Program-made: the position numbers and the translations under genes
Source of the DNA: Hydrurus foetidus
Lineage: Eukaryota
Direction: 5' to 3'
Assembly (NCBI GenBank): GCA_900617105.1
Contig: UYFQ01000614.1
Location: 1 to 60,256, forward strand
DNA length: 60,256 nt
Notes under the pieces: generated by a model
The model's database searches: none
Told to the model about the DNA's origin: nothing
What the model saw: only the letters and a program-made list of their open reading frames with translations
Part shown: piece by piece, positions 22,397 through 35,928 of the stretch
Layout: each line of letters begins with the position of its first letter
Position numbering within the stretch: the first letter of the stretch is position 1

Positions 22397-25300
22397 ATGT
22401 TAGGCAAAAAAACGAAGAAGAAAACTGGCTTGACTGTTACTAGCATTTCTAAGGATCACTGGAGCATCGGAGGACAGAAATGTAAAGTAGAGGGTACTAA
22501 GCTAGTCGTTACTATTCTCCACGGTAAAGGGTTACTGGCAAGCGATATATACAATGGGAAATCTGATCCAGTTTGCTTCCTCTGGTGTGGCCTTCCGAGC
22601 GACTTCAAGTCAGTTGACAACTTGATGGCAATAACCAGCCAAGTTGAATGCAATAAGGTTGGTATAAAGCGTACAAAAGTTTGTCCGACAACTTTGGAAC
22701 CAATCTGGAATGAGGACATTGTATTTCCTCTCGTCATTAACAACGTGGAATTGTTCTCGCAAATGCGGTGTATCATATACATCCGCGATGAGGATATAAA
22801 TACTGAGGATTGCGTCCGTGAGGAGTTTAGCTTCGATGAGCTGGGAATGTGCGAAATATCTTTAGGCGATATAATCATGAATGGGAAGGTGGGGAAACAA
22901 TCAATTGTCTTCGCTTCGAAACAATTGGACTTGAAATCCTCTCCCAAAATGAAGAAAAATGCTGAGGGTTATGTCAAGGTGACTTGCAGTCTCATATTTG
23001 ATGAAAACGACACTGTGAAGGTGTTCCCTGAGATAGCTAGCGACATTAGGACTCTTGAGGTTTTTTTGCAAAGATACCAGAGACTTCTTCGAGGTGTCTG
23101 CGAAACACCTGTTCTGTTCTGTTCTTCTGTTCTGTTCTGTTCTGATAGTGCATAGCCCATTGACTGATGACTTCCTTCTTCTGCTGCGTCTAACGAGACT
23201 AGCCTATCAGAATCTTCCACTGACTGTTTGCTCGATCCACAATGCTTCTCAGATAATTTCGAGAAGGAGAACGTGTCCAAGAACTCTTGGGGTCGGAATC
23301 ATGGAGGACCCCGAAATATGATCAGTAGAGATAATACAGGCGACATCACTCACAGAAGCACAACCAGAGTGTCTTCTGCGCGGGGCCGATCAGTGCATGC
23401 GCCATCGTCAAGTAGTCCTCTGGACGACTTAATGCCATGTACTGTCGGACGGAGCGAGGAGGATGAGCTGCACTCGATGTTTCTGTCTCTGTCTCAAATC
23501 TCTGGCAGCGATAGCAGACAGTCTACCACCAATGGACAATGTGCCAATGTGCAGAAATCGCTCGAAGATGCAACCGCAAATGGTATGATCCTATACTGAC
23601 TGTACTGCATACTTCATCACAGACGTGCATCTCTGACGCACTTGTACCTGTCGTCACACGACATGACATCACATCACATGACATGACACTGCAGACACAC
23701 CACCGCCGTATACAGAAATGGCTGACGTGCGAATCAATAGCGAGGACGACGGTTATGACGGTGGAGCAGCAGTCACTGTCAGTGCTTCTTTCCCTGTTTC
23801 TATTCCTGTCCCTCTTCCTGTGCTGACATCTGGAGTCCATCGCGATCCGGTAACGAGTGCAGGTACGGACAATAATCGTGTCGGCAGTGATGAGAACAGG
23901 AACAGGAATAGGAATAGGAATAGGAGTAGGAACAGCACCGGGACTGCGGGGGAGGTGAAGAGCTCTGGGGGCAATGGTACTGCTGCTGCGAGGGCGCTCA
24001 GGGGGCATGCGGGCAGGAACATTCCTAAGAACGTTTCCCAGCAGGGCATCGACTTTTTTTCATCGTAAGTCACTGTAATATAATTTTGTTAAGTTTAATT
24101 CACCTTGCTCTCACATGATATACATGTAGTGCAGTCATGGAGAACATCGTGAATGTATAACATGATAAAGGGATAGATGGATAGATATCACAGAGAGAGA
24201 AACTCCGCACTTTACGCTGAATTACATCGCATCATGTTCTGTACACATCTTATCTGGCCGCCACACCCCTCAATCAGATACAGTCCGCTACACGATGCGA
24301 TTGCGAGTTATAGGGAGGGCTGACTTGAGAGCAACGTAATTGTGTTTGTTGAGTACTATTTCTAGCTATTGCGTGACAAACTCTCTCTTCCTTTCTCTCT
24401 TCCCTTGTCCTCTCTGCTATCTATCTATCTGCATGCATGATAGGCTGAGCCAAGAGAGCGTGTTGGAGCTCTCGTCCCTGCTGAGGTCCAAAGAGAATGC
24501 GAGGAGAGAGAGAGGGGGAGGAGGAGATAGAGATGGAGATAGAGGTGAGGGCGGAGACAGTAGCAGCTCCTGCAGGCACAGTAAAGTGTCTACTCTCGAT
24601 ATCCCTGACGTCATCAGTCCAAAGCACTCTGATAGCAGTCGAGGGGGAGAGAGTCTCGCAGCAACAGTGAGTATCATGAACAGCGCTCCCAGTGGGAGAA
24701 GAGTGAAGGCAGTCAGTGCGAGGCCTGATCTCTCAGAGTTCCGTAAGCAGCAGCAATCGCTGAGGAGAGCCAAAGAGGTTCGCTTCTTTGAGTCTAGAGG
24801 CTTGGCAGATCCATTACTAGACAAAGATGAAGACATAGACGTACAGACGCGGCCCCCGTCAAGCCGCACTGACCCTTCACAGAGAGTGGGAGGAAGAGGA
24901 AGACAAGGAGGCAGCAGTAACAGTAGCAGTAGCAGTGAAGGGGTCAGCGTGCCTGATGTGGAGCTCTTTCAAAAAATACCCAATAGCAAGGGGGTGACGA
25001 GAACCATTTTAACTGGAGATCCGTCAAGCGAAACTCATCCTCCACCCAGTACATCCCCCATCCCTACCCCCATTCACAGCCTTCCGAATGGAAGAGCTGA
25101 GATTACCAGTCAAGACGAGACCAGAGACGTCTCTCCCCTGCTCTTTATAGGAGGAGACTGCAGCAATCCAGACCCAGACCGTGAAGATAAAGAGCGAGAG
25201 GCAGAGTCGGTGAGAGTGAGGAGCAGGAAAGCTTCAAGGGTGGTGGTGCGAGAGAACTCGGAATCTCCTCCTCAATATTCCAAAGTCGAGCAGCGAGTCG

Positions 25301-25973
25301 CTTTTGCATCGTCAGTCAACTCGGACACCATGACCAGTGCAACCCAAACTGCAACTGGTAGTGTCCCATGTGGACAGGGACAGAGAGGCAATGTGAACTG
25401 GAGTGCGGTGGAGACACTGCTCGACCGCGATGACGCTGTCAGCGCATTCTCAGTAGTCGTGGAAAGGGGCGAGCTTGAAGATCTAGCACGAGTCATGCAG
25501 CTACTAGGGCCTCGACCACACGTAAGAACACAGCCACTTTGTTCGTTCTTCCGTAACTCATCAACATCTCATGCTGTGGACTTGTCCTTATCTGTGAAAC
25601 AGCTCACTAACTCACTGTCTGTATCGCTTGTATTGGGGCTACTCAGCTGCTCTCAGTGTCGATTAGGAACAGTGTTTACGACGGCATCGCGACTATGCTT
25701 GCGCAGTCGCATGTACTGGATGATAGGCGCAGCAACGAGGTGACAGAGAGATGTCTCTACTGGGTACTGGCTCTTTTCCGCGGCGACAGCTCTCAAGAAG
25801 GTCAGGAGGCCTTTGGGATAAAGAGCCACGGCCATGGCGTCTGTCGACAGGGCTCACTAGGGAGTACCCTCTGCCGACACACTAGGAGAGACATCAGGGA
25901 GTCATTAGAGTCTGTCAGTCTCTATAAGTCGAAAAAGGGTTTGCTAGCCGCTTTGTTACTTCACTACGTCTAA
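22397..25973 (+). CDS. C2-domain protein with long low-complexity region, multi-exon
   Basis: LVVTILHGKGLLASDIYNGKSDP..RTKVCPTTLEPIWNE..IYIRDED..DELG is a C2 signature. Downstream ORF pieces are separated by GT-AG introns. Exon structure and single-gene status are approximate. Confidence 0.65.
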
Positions 25974-26264
25974 CGCGCTGAAAATCAATTATATAGACTT
26001 CCTACTGTCTAGAGCATCTTATCATGCTGAAACATGTAAATGCAAAGTCTCCACATCTTTCTTGATACACACAAGTCAGCGGCGAAACGTTTTGGACTTG
26101 TTGAAGAGGACGCGAAGTCACGTCTGTTTGATGTGAACATATTTCAACGCGCTGGAGTGGGATTTTGATTGAGCATCCTCCATCATGAGTGCAAATTAAT
26201 CGTGAGGTTGGAGCCCAAGAAGGTCGTCCAACGTACTGACTCATTGCACGAGATATAACGAGTG

Positions 26265-26882
26265 TTACGATAACTTCTTGTACATCTCAATCAGACGAAC
26301 ATGTTCGAAGCCCGTCATCACGATACGTGAGAGCTCTGCGTCCCATGGCATTTCGCCGACAATTGTAAATCCTTGTTTTGAATACCATGGAAATAAATCT
26401 TCTCGAAGATTGATGACACCCATCCTCATGGCACATCCGATATTGTCCTTTCTACCTGTTGACCGGCGAATTTCAACTTCTGTCTTCTTCGCAATTTCCC
26501 GAATGTATTCTTCTGCTGCAGCAACCAGTGAATGCCCGATACCCATCCGCTGATGCTCCCGATGAACTGCTACAGCAGAAAACTTTCCCACTATCTGATG
26601 TTGTTCAGTCACATCCTCTGACGGTACCATTTCCCACAAAATGTAGATACTACCACATATTGTCGAACCTTTTTCATCGGTGCTCTTCGAAATCAAAAAT
26701 GCAGAGTTCGTCGCCGAAATCAGATCGAGCACATTGCTCTCAGTGAATCTGTTGACATAACAGCTTTTCTTGAAAAATGCATCAGCTATGTAGGCGTCGT
26801 TTGTACAAGAGACAATCGAGGGAATGTCTTTTATTGTCGCGCAGGAGATCAAATTTCTGATTCGAGTAGATGATCCCTCCAT
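26265..26882 (-). CDS. GNAT-family N-acetyltransferase
   Basis: AVAVHREHQRMGIGHSLVAAAE (motif A) and LFPWYSKQGF (motif B); intronless. Confidence 0.88.
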   Translation of the reverse strand: MEGSSTRIRNLISCATIKDIPSIVSCTNDAYIADAFFKKSCYVNRFTESNVLDLISATNSAFLISKSTDEKGSTICGSIYILWEMVPSEDVTEQHQIVGKFSAVAVHREHQRMGIGHSLVAAAEEYIREIAKKTEVEIRRSTGRKDNIGCAMRMGVINLREDLFPWYSKQGFTIVGEMPWDAELSRIVMTGFEHVRLIEMYKKLS

Positions 26883-27060
26883 AACAATTGCGATTGAGTA
26901 GTGATCTCGGCATCCAACAGGGCACTTCTCAGGGATTGATGCATCATATTACATATTATGCATCATTGATCCCCCTTGCAGGGGTTGCACGATCGTGGGA
27001 CCATTTTCCCGGTTTTTTGATACAGTCAAAATCAGTGACAATATGTCTATTTGATGGGGT

Positions 27061-27720
27061 CTGTTCAGAGCAGAATCTCACAACAGCGATAGCTCGCGCT
27101 GTCAGACGATCAATTGCTCCCGACTAATTCGACCATGGTGAGTTTAGTGCTGTAATTAGTTTTCATTGAAACTGCTCAAAAAAGTAAAAAAAATGGGTTT
27201 CCGCACAGTGCATGCAAACTTTCATCATCATTTTCAGTCATAACTCTACAACCAGAGCGATTAGGAGTGATTTTAAGATAGTTTCTTCTCTAGTTTGGTA
27301 GTAATATTATTCTATGAAAGATGGAGCACTTGAATTGCTTTGGTGAGAAAGCTGATTTTTTGACCCTCCAGTACCAAGCTCTGGCGGTTTCAGAGCCTCT
27401 CTACCAAGTCAGCTTGATCGCCAAAGACTGTCGAATACTTGTTCTTCTCGGATTTTGGGGCTAGAACAGATATTCGACAGTCTTCGGCGATCAAGCTGAC
27501 AGAAGGCTCTGGAAGTGCCAACAGAGGGCATCACTCTCCTGTAAAATCATATCCTGAATATATTACTATCACTATCAAACTAGAGAAGAAACTATCAAAA
27601 TCACTCAATTGAATCATGACAAAATATTAGTTACGCTTCTGCTCGGCTGAACTAATAATCCATGGTAATCGGAGCTGATCGTCTGACAGGCAATATCGCT
27701 ATTGTGAATTCTGTTAAACT
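27061..27720. mobile_element. Foldback/palindromic non-coding element, about 660 bp
   Basis: Nested inverted arms: outer about 27062-27138 vs 27660-27719, middle about 27269-27312 vs 27556-27603, and core 27408-27445 vs 27463-27500 (35/38 complementary). Confidence 0.7.
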
Positions 27721-27860
27721 ATCGTAATTTCATAACCACACTGATTTTGAAAGTATCAAAAAATTTCGCTTACAGCGAACCTATACGAAAATTTTCGCAC
27801 GAAAAGCGACCGAAAAACCGTCGGAAAAGCGACCGAAAATGAAAACCGAGGTTTTTGGAG

Positions 27861-29286
27861 CAAGGGGGTATTAAAAGGAGAGGGGGCGGATCTCGCACTC
27901 AGGCCACCGGAAAAAATTCTCACATGCCCCTCACTCAACATCCAACTACCAGCATTAGCTCAGTCATTGATATCACCGTGGTGCCCCTCAATCATACGTA
28001 CACTGCAGGAAAACTGCAGCAGCTGCTGGGACGATGTAAGTTTCTCTCGATTGATCATGACCTGCGTCGTGATTTGGCAGTGATACTTTGAATGCACGCT
28101 ACATCTTTTGCCTGTAATTGATCGAGGGCACAGAGCGTTTTTGATAATCAACTTTCCGCCATGTGAAATGAAATCTGTGATGCTTCGGCAGATTAATCTC
28201 CTTTGCTTCACGATATCACTCCCGAAATTTCACAGATTTAATCTGGAAATTGAAGTTTTTACGATCATATTCCATTTACTGTCACCATTCTCTGAAGCTC
28301 TACCTCATCCATCGACTAAATGCCAATTACTGCCCCCGACAGGAACGTCCTCTCGTCGCAACAATGCTGGCAGTGACGATGCTGCGCCAAATTGGACTCC
28401 CGTTGCCTTAAATTGAGGCTTGAACTGGGCTACGGGCTCGAATCGATGGCCACCGATATATCGGGACTATTACGTTTGGAAGGTGCCGCCGTCACCGAAT
28501 CTTCCCAAATCTCGGACACATCGACACTTTATAATAGTCCTTCCTTTATTCTGACTAAACTCTCTGCAGGGCTTCGTCTCGCTGGGATTTTACCGCCGAG
28601 GTTGCGTTGCTCAAGAAAAGACGTATTTTAGATAGATAGGCATTTTTTACTTACAGCATGTTTTAAATCATGTAAATTAAAGAACATTTCACTTGAGAAG
28701 TCTCTCAAGCAAATGCGCATGAGATTTGTCTTTGGAGAGGACAGCCTCTCTCAAAAATTGACTCTATGCTGGGATTTTTGTCCGTAAATTTTGGAAGATG
28801 AAACAGCCATTATCTCCATAACAGCTCATCTGCAACGGCCCCCAAATGGTGCAGTCGTTTCATACTCCTAACTCATGGCATATTCTGCCTGTCAGTGGAA
28901 TTCAAACTAATTTTCAGTAGCATTGGTCAGGTCTAGTTTTTGACTGAAAATATGATATCTGCGATTTTGCAACCTCCACACTCGTGGAGCTCATCACTGT
29001 GTTTCCTCGATGCCAAATTTTCTGCGTTTCCTTGAAGGACCGGCGCAATACAAAAATTGAGCGAACTTTGATGGTCAGACTAGTATATAAGGATCATTAA
29101 TGCATGGTGAGTCACGACCTAGCCTAGCAACTCCAAGATGGGCCAAGGAACCTTCCGGGGTAAAAAATGGAAAACGAAACGGGCGACGGGTAGTTCAACT
29201 TTTCGAAAATTGAGTGAGGGGCATGTGAGAATTTTTTCCGGTGGCCTGAGTGCGAGATCCGCCCCCTCTCTCTCTATACCCCCTTG
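27861..29286. mobile_element. Non-autonomous TIR DNA transposon (1.43 kb)
   Basis: TIRs of about 78 bp, CAAGGGGGTAT...CACTCAA (27861-27938 and 29210-29286), with the inner about 60 bp identical. No long ORF and no clear TSD. Confidence 0.85.
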
Positions 29287-30425
29287 ATACATGCGTACAT
29301 GCAATACAGTAGGACTGAAGAATCAGTTGAATACCCACTCGGCAACGCATCCGCACCTATCCGTGCTTTACTCTAGTGCCGCACGAAAATTGTGAATTTT
29401 CCGTGAAGATTTCGATGAAAATTCATGAGGACTTCTGATTCGGAATGCCCGTTATGAGGTCTATGAGAAGACCTACTATCAAGTTTCGGCGTAATTCATT
29501 TCTCCATCTCAAACTGTGGCATATTCTGTTTTGTTTCATTTTGATAATGATCACGACGACATTTCCATTAGTTCATAGTTCATGATTATACTTCACGGGA
29601 ATTTCGAGACGAACAAATCCGTGTGGTCTGTTTTGCAGGATACACGAAATTTAAATTTTAGCACGATACAGACAAAAGAAGACGGAGACGAGAGTTGACT
29701 CAGAGAAAGAAGTCGACCGAAAGTGTAACGAATCACCGCATCAACTTTAGAACCGATTATCCTGAATGAGAAATCCTCACAAGCGATTCAGAAATTTCTA
29801 TAAGCTTTGAATTCGATAAGCTGTAAACGGAGAAGACCATTAAGATGATGACCACTATGCACTATGACCCAGAGGGAGTGTAGGCAATCGAGGGGTAGGC
29901 GGAAATTAGTTACAAGTCAAAGCGAAGAGCTACGAGAACTTCTACGAAGGCTACTTTACGAGGAAGAAAACGATATCGACTGCGGAGACTAATGGGTGCG
30001 GCACGGTGAGAAGAGACAATATATATGCATTGTATCACGGATTCAAGATAATCACTTATTTGTTTGACTTTCATATCAAACGAACTCGTGTTCAGTACAC
30101 AACCGAAGGTTGAAAGTGCTACGAAATTCCATTCTACAAAATAGAATTATTAAGTATAACGTTAATCGTGAGTTGACAGTAATTTTAGGTGAGAATCTGA
30201 AAATCGAAGATTTGAATCCCCATGAATAGCCCTTCTTTTGACTTCCAAATAGAGATCTCTATTTTTTAGAGTTCTTCTTCATCTGCAGTGATAAACAAAA
30301 TGAATAGCCAACCTCAACATTTGAAAAATCCTCAAAGTTGTCATTGAAAACTGAAGTCAATTTCAACGTACTGTACGTGACGCGTGAAGTACTCCATTTT
30401 CTCTGGCTGAAAATAATACCGAAAC

Positions 30426-30817
30426 TCTTGGAATAAGGCTGTCTTTTGGATCCTGGATCCAGTCAAAGCACCTGGATGATAGCAGTGATTCGTTCAGAAT
30501 ACACTTTGCTTTCAGCTAGTCGACCAAGGTCGCTTCAACAGCTCACTCTAGTGTAGGTATAATGGCACACAGCCATATAGTCTCTTTTAATTAGAAGTGC
30601 TCATTGTGTCAAAACATAGCAGTTCATGGCTAGCTATACTAGCTACAGTTGGCTGTTCACTGTCATCATCAGTTGCAACTTTCAGTACAGTTTGAGAGAT
30701 GGTCTCGGGTCTGTGAGCGCTACCCTCGCTCCTCCACTTGGGCTTGAAGTGATATTACCCAAAGGGAATTCCCCCAAAGGGATTGTCCCCATAGGGATAG
30801 CTATGCTATATCCAACA
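30426..30817 (-). repeat. Copia C 3' LTR (392 bp)
   Basis: Direct repeat of 35929-36319 with one extra base in GGGCTTGAAGTG. Confidence 0.95.
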
Positions 30818-30982
30818 CACCCCTAATGTCACAAGCATTCAGGCGGCATATTCATATTTCTTCATAGAAATGTAATCATAAATCGTGTTTGTAACTATGG
30901 TAAGCTATAGTGATCATACAAGTTTTGTTGCTAATAAAAGTTTTAAAAAATAGCTCAACTGTAAGTCAATAATGTGAAGTAC

Positions 30983-33900
30983 TTAATTTCCTAGTATTTT
31001 CTTCACCAACTTGAAAAAAATCGTTCCTTGTAGTGGCTTGGTGTAGTAATCGGATGTCATATCCTCGGTGGGCACGTAGACAATGTTTACGGCACCGATA
31101 CGGATGTAGTCTGAGATCCAGAATTGTCGTACCTCAATAAACCGGGTGGTCTCTGCGGTAGACCGACCTTTTTTCAGCAGCGCGATACATGACTGATTGT
31201 CTTGTTCCAGCCTCACTGGGTGTTTTCCATGTCCTTGGTATGCAATAAAACCAGCAAGCCATAGCGGGATGTTCATTCCGTCGGAAACCGCAATGATCTC
31301 GGACTCCGTACTTGACTTGGAATTCAGCTTCTGGACCTTGGAACTCGAAATAAAATTCCCCACCCCTAATGTGACACACATTCCTGAGGTTGATTTCATT
31401 TGCTCTCTGTTAGCAAATGCAGCATCAATTGATACTGTGACTGTCATTGGCAAAGTGCAACCGAGTCGTAATGGCTTGTCTCTAGTAGCCCTCAGATAGC
31501 ATATGAGCCTATCGAGTTTCTTGTCGTCTTCTGTTGTCGGTGCCTTTACACGTTTGCACAGTTCACCCAACACTAATACAATGTCTGGGCGTGTTCGGTT
31601 CCCCAGGTATAGCGCCGTAGCAACGTCGGTGTGAAAGGTTTTAGCGTCTTTCTCATTCAGGAATTTGCAGTCCAAGGTCCGCTCAAATAGGTGTGGGGCA
31701 CCCGGTGATGATGGGTCTCCGATGAGCTTCATACCGCGTTCGGCATGGCTTTTTTCCCTTGATGATATCAAATCTTGGATCATCCCGATCTGTGTTACCT
31801 TTACAAATCTAGGCTCAGTGTAATCCCACATGCACCCTAGGTACGGTAGAACGCGCTCTTGGGTGGTACGGAATTGGCCGTACGTTTTCAACAAAATCTT
31901 TTCCATGTCAAGAACCGCTTTCTTGTCCACGCATGTCATCTTTAGATCGTCTACGTAGACTAGGATCGTAAATTGGTTGCCTTTGATGTCCTTGTTGAAG
32001 ACGCAAATATCGCGCGGGTTAGCCGTGAAACCATTTGACCGTAGGGTTCCGGCTATCTCGTTGTACCATAGTTTAGCAGACTCAATACACCCGTATAGTG
32101 CTTTGTCCAGTCTCACCACCAACCCTCCATTGTGTCTTCTGAAGGGCGAAAAAGATTTGTCTTGTTTGATGATGGCGTCGGTCACATTCTTATCGATATA
32201 CATATGAAGGATTTTATCCGGTTTATCCATAGGCATGTTGGCGTTGAGGTACGCGGACCCAACGTCCCCGACCATGATGAAACGGTTTTCCGCAGCAGCA
32301 ATCTGTGCAACTGTAAATATAGCAGCTATGCTCGCTGTTGGTGACTCAACTTCATCTGCAGCATAGTCCTCTCTGACTTGTGCACGCCCATCCACACAGA
32401 AGCGCGCCTTGACCTTGTCGATTTGGCGATCGCCATTCGAGTTTAGTGTTGGAAGGTATTTCTCCACAACATTCATGTTCGAACGGAGGATCTTCTTTGT
32501 CTGAGTAGGTGTGAGTTGTTCCATGTGGACTCCTGAAAATGTCCCCTTTGCCAGTAGTGATTTGACCTCTGACTCAATGGCTGCGGTAGCCTTATCCGGG
32601 AAAAGTTTCAGTGCCCGGGTAACTGTCATAAGTGACCAGTCACCCCTAATTCCTTCTTTCTGTGCTGGAATAGGTAGTTTGTCAGCTACTAAGTTGAGTC
32701 GGTCTGGTGCCTTTCGAATTCTCGTCGACTTCTCACGCAATTCAACTGGTGCACTAGGTATGTACGTACGTACTGCGGTGGTAGGTGGTGCCTCTGGTTG
32801 CTCCTCCGGTACCGCTTCAAATGTAGTTTCTGGCCCGGATACTTCGTCGGAAGTCAGATTACTAGTATTTTCAGCACCCGCCGATTCCATTTCACCCCGA
32901 ATCTCAATTTGGTCTTGAGCAATTTGAGGTTCCATCATGGTATGAGGCGTGTCGGTTTCATCCGGGAACACCGGTAAGATTGGAGGTGTAAGTTGAAACG
33001 GGATTGTTGGCACCGGTATTGAAGGTGAATCCATTGTGACAATATCATCGTCGATATCTCCTGTGATGTCTTTATCATGGAAAGTGAATATTGGTTCTTT
33101 CGATGTATGTATCTTGTTCTTCGATGCCCACCCATTTACAGTGGTGCTGACGAGTGGTGGTATCGGTAGCACCACATAGTGGTTGGCCGATATGACGCTC
33201 CTAGTGTCAATGCGCATAAAGGAATGGGTGCCTGTCCCATTCATCTTTGGTTCTAGGTATAGGCATCCAATGGTTCTTGGATCCATGTTGTTGCTAAGCA
33301 CCCTCCCGGTGACTTGGCAGTATGACCCGAATGGTGGTCCAATATCTTTTTTCGTGTCCGCCTTTCTACCAAAGAAAGCTTCAAAAGGGGAAATTCTATC
33401 TGTCCTCGTCGATGAGGGAAAGAGTAGTAACTTCTTCGCAGAGGCTGTCACGAGGTAGGACATGAGTATGTCAGGCAGTAGGTACGGTAGACTGAAGATG
33501 GTACAGCGGATGGTCTCCTTTAGGTGCCTGATCATTCGTTCAATAATATGATCATGTTGCCCTGGACCAACCGCAATCACTTCGACACCCATGGCGTTCA
33601 TGTCGTTGAAAAGTGCAGCGATGCCTCGCTCATTGTCACTTGTAAATTTCACGATTGAAATTCGTCGGGACCCGATGGTGCCGAACATACGCTTGAGGCT
33701 CTGTCTGAGCACCGGCGTTGTAACATTTTCAACACAGCCGACCAAAACAATTCCCAGTGGATGGGTAATTGAAACTAGGAATGGCTGTTTATTTATGAAC
33801 ATGATGTCACAATGCATGTGTTGCGCATCAAAGTTTCGTGTCGTAGTAGGTAGCTGTGGTGGTGGCATAGGCCTCAGCCGAGTAGTGCGTCCTTTGAGTG

Positions 33901-35901
33901 ACGCCGTGTTTGGTCCCCAAATTTCTGTAGCACGTGCGACATCTTCAGGTAAGATGTCGCAGTTGAGAAACGTTCCAGCTCGCAATGCAGAAATGAATTT
34001 CTGATCTGGTGGAAATCCCAAACTCGCTTGCATGCGTCGTGCATCAGCGCTTCTTTGAACTTCGCGTTTCGTGAATTTGGCTTCGTTGGCGTCCGTTGTA
34101 GGCAGTTTTGTAGAGTAAAATATACTTGTAGATGGTGTTTTTACCACTGCCGGATGAGCATATGCATTTCTGCGCTCTGCGGCGTCAGAATATCGCGGCT
34201 CCGGAGGCACCGCCAAATCGGCGACATATAGCCCTCCACGATGTTGGAATTTGTAGGTGCTCTGATCAGTGTGGAGCAGAAATGCATCCTGATCTATCAT
34301 AGAACCCTGGCGAAACTCCCAGTTGTGCCCTTGCAACAGGCAATCGGATGCCGATACGATGGAAAGTCCAGCACGCGGATCAAAATGAACGATGCCAATG
34401 TCACGAAGGTTTCCTGCTTTAGTTACAGTAAGCGAACCATGCAAGCCTTTGAACACAGTAGGAGTGCATGTCGCGATGTCACTCAGAACATCCGCACATG
34501 TAATGATGGTGCCAGTAGCTCCAGTGTCAAAGATGGCTTCGGAGGTACTATGTTGGTTGATGTTACGGTTTGCAGAAAAATCGGTCCGAGGACCGAGGGT
34601 TGCGACTTCCACCGGTGTGGTGGTATAGCACACGCTACAGTGCCTGTCGCCATGTTCATTCTCGTTAACCTCTTGATCCCACATTTGGCCAAAAGCAGTG
34701 TAGACATCTCCTTGAGCACTGGGGTCATCTTCCTCAGTTTGTCTCCTCGCCGACATTGATGTTTTTGGGGCTGAAGGAGGCTCTCCGGCTGCCTTCTTTC
34801 TGCACTCACTAGCACGATGACCTGCTTTTCCACAGTGGTAACAAATCCCACTGAACTTGCCCTCCTTTGTATCTTTAGCAAAGGACACTTTCGGCTCTTT
34901 AATCTTTGCCGGATTGATCTTCTTGGCCTTTTCTTTAGCGGGTGGTTTTTCGCCCTTTGGGGACCGCCCGGTTTCATGAGGTTCTTTGCTGCAAGTGCCG
35001 TTTGGTGAGTCACTATCGCTGATTGTAATGCGCTACCCTTTACCCCACGATGGAATCTAGTCGCTCCGTTGATGGCTTCCATCAGGGTCTTCGGATAAAT
35101 GTCAATCTTGTTGCACTCCAAATAATTGCTGAGATAGTTCTTGTAGTCATGATAGACCTGTGAGGTACTACTCAACCCCTCAATTAGCTTTGTCGCTTGT
35201 TGGACAGCATTTGGAATCTGCGCTTCTGGTACTCCTGTTGCAGCGAGTCGATCGAAAAGCTTGACCGCACGTCGTCCGTACGGTACGATGTCTTCACCCG
35301 TACTCATAGTCAGCGTGTACCAGTCCCGTAGGGCCTGGGACCGCTCAAATTCCTGATTACCATCACATCTTGATGTAACAACTGACTTGATGACTTCAAG
35401 TAGTTTAAGTGGATCGTCGAATTCGACTGCTATGAATTCCGAATTCACTATCAGAATCGCGTTTAGCGATGGTGAACACATGCTCCGAATCAGGCGATAT
35501 GCCGATTCACGATCGTCCATTTGCTTCATTATCCTCTTATTCACCAATGCTCTGTCGGTGTTGATATCATTCATCATCATCTTTGCTCGGTATCCCTTTG
35601 GATCCGAGATTTCGGTGAACGATTCCAGTAATGTGAAGTTCGGCGGCTTGAAGTTGTAAACCTTGTAGGCAGGTTTGATGGTGAGTAGCATTGGGTCGGG
35701 ACAGATGCTCTGAAGGTCCTGAAAGTTGCTCCTCATATACTCTTTCAGTTTCAGCATATTGGCGTCCCATTCTTTCCACCCGTTATGGGTTATCTCAGGC
35801 AAACTTTCTGGCCTCGAGCCATCTGAGATTGCTGAACTTTCGCGCTTTTCACCCTTCTCAGGTTTTGATTGGGCAGCGCTTTTCTCGCCTCGCTGACTCA
35901 T
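30983..35901 (-). CDS. Copia C Gag-Pol polyprotein, broken by one frameshift near 34985
   Basis: Gag ATG at 35901. CYHCGKAGHRASEC knuckle, IFDTGA protease, HCD/SDNE/IERMIR integrase, GDVGSAYL, KALYG and YVDD RT, and IDAAF, STESE and SDYYTKPL RNase H are all in the -1 frame. Confidence 0.9.
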
Positions 35902-35928
35902 TCTGAGCTAGCTAGCGGCTTCTAATTA

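Noticed and set aside
30750..30797. G-quadruplex in the Copia C LTR
   Set aside because: Only three closely spaced G-runs per strand, and competing CCC/GGG hairpins are more likely.
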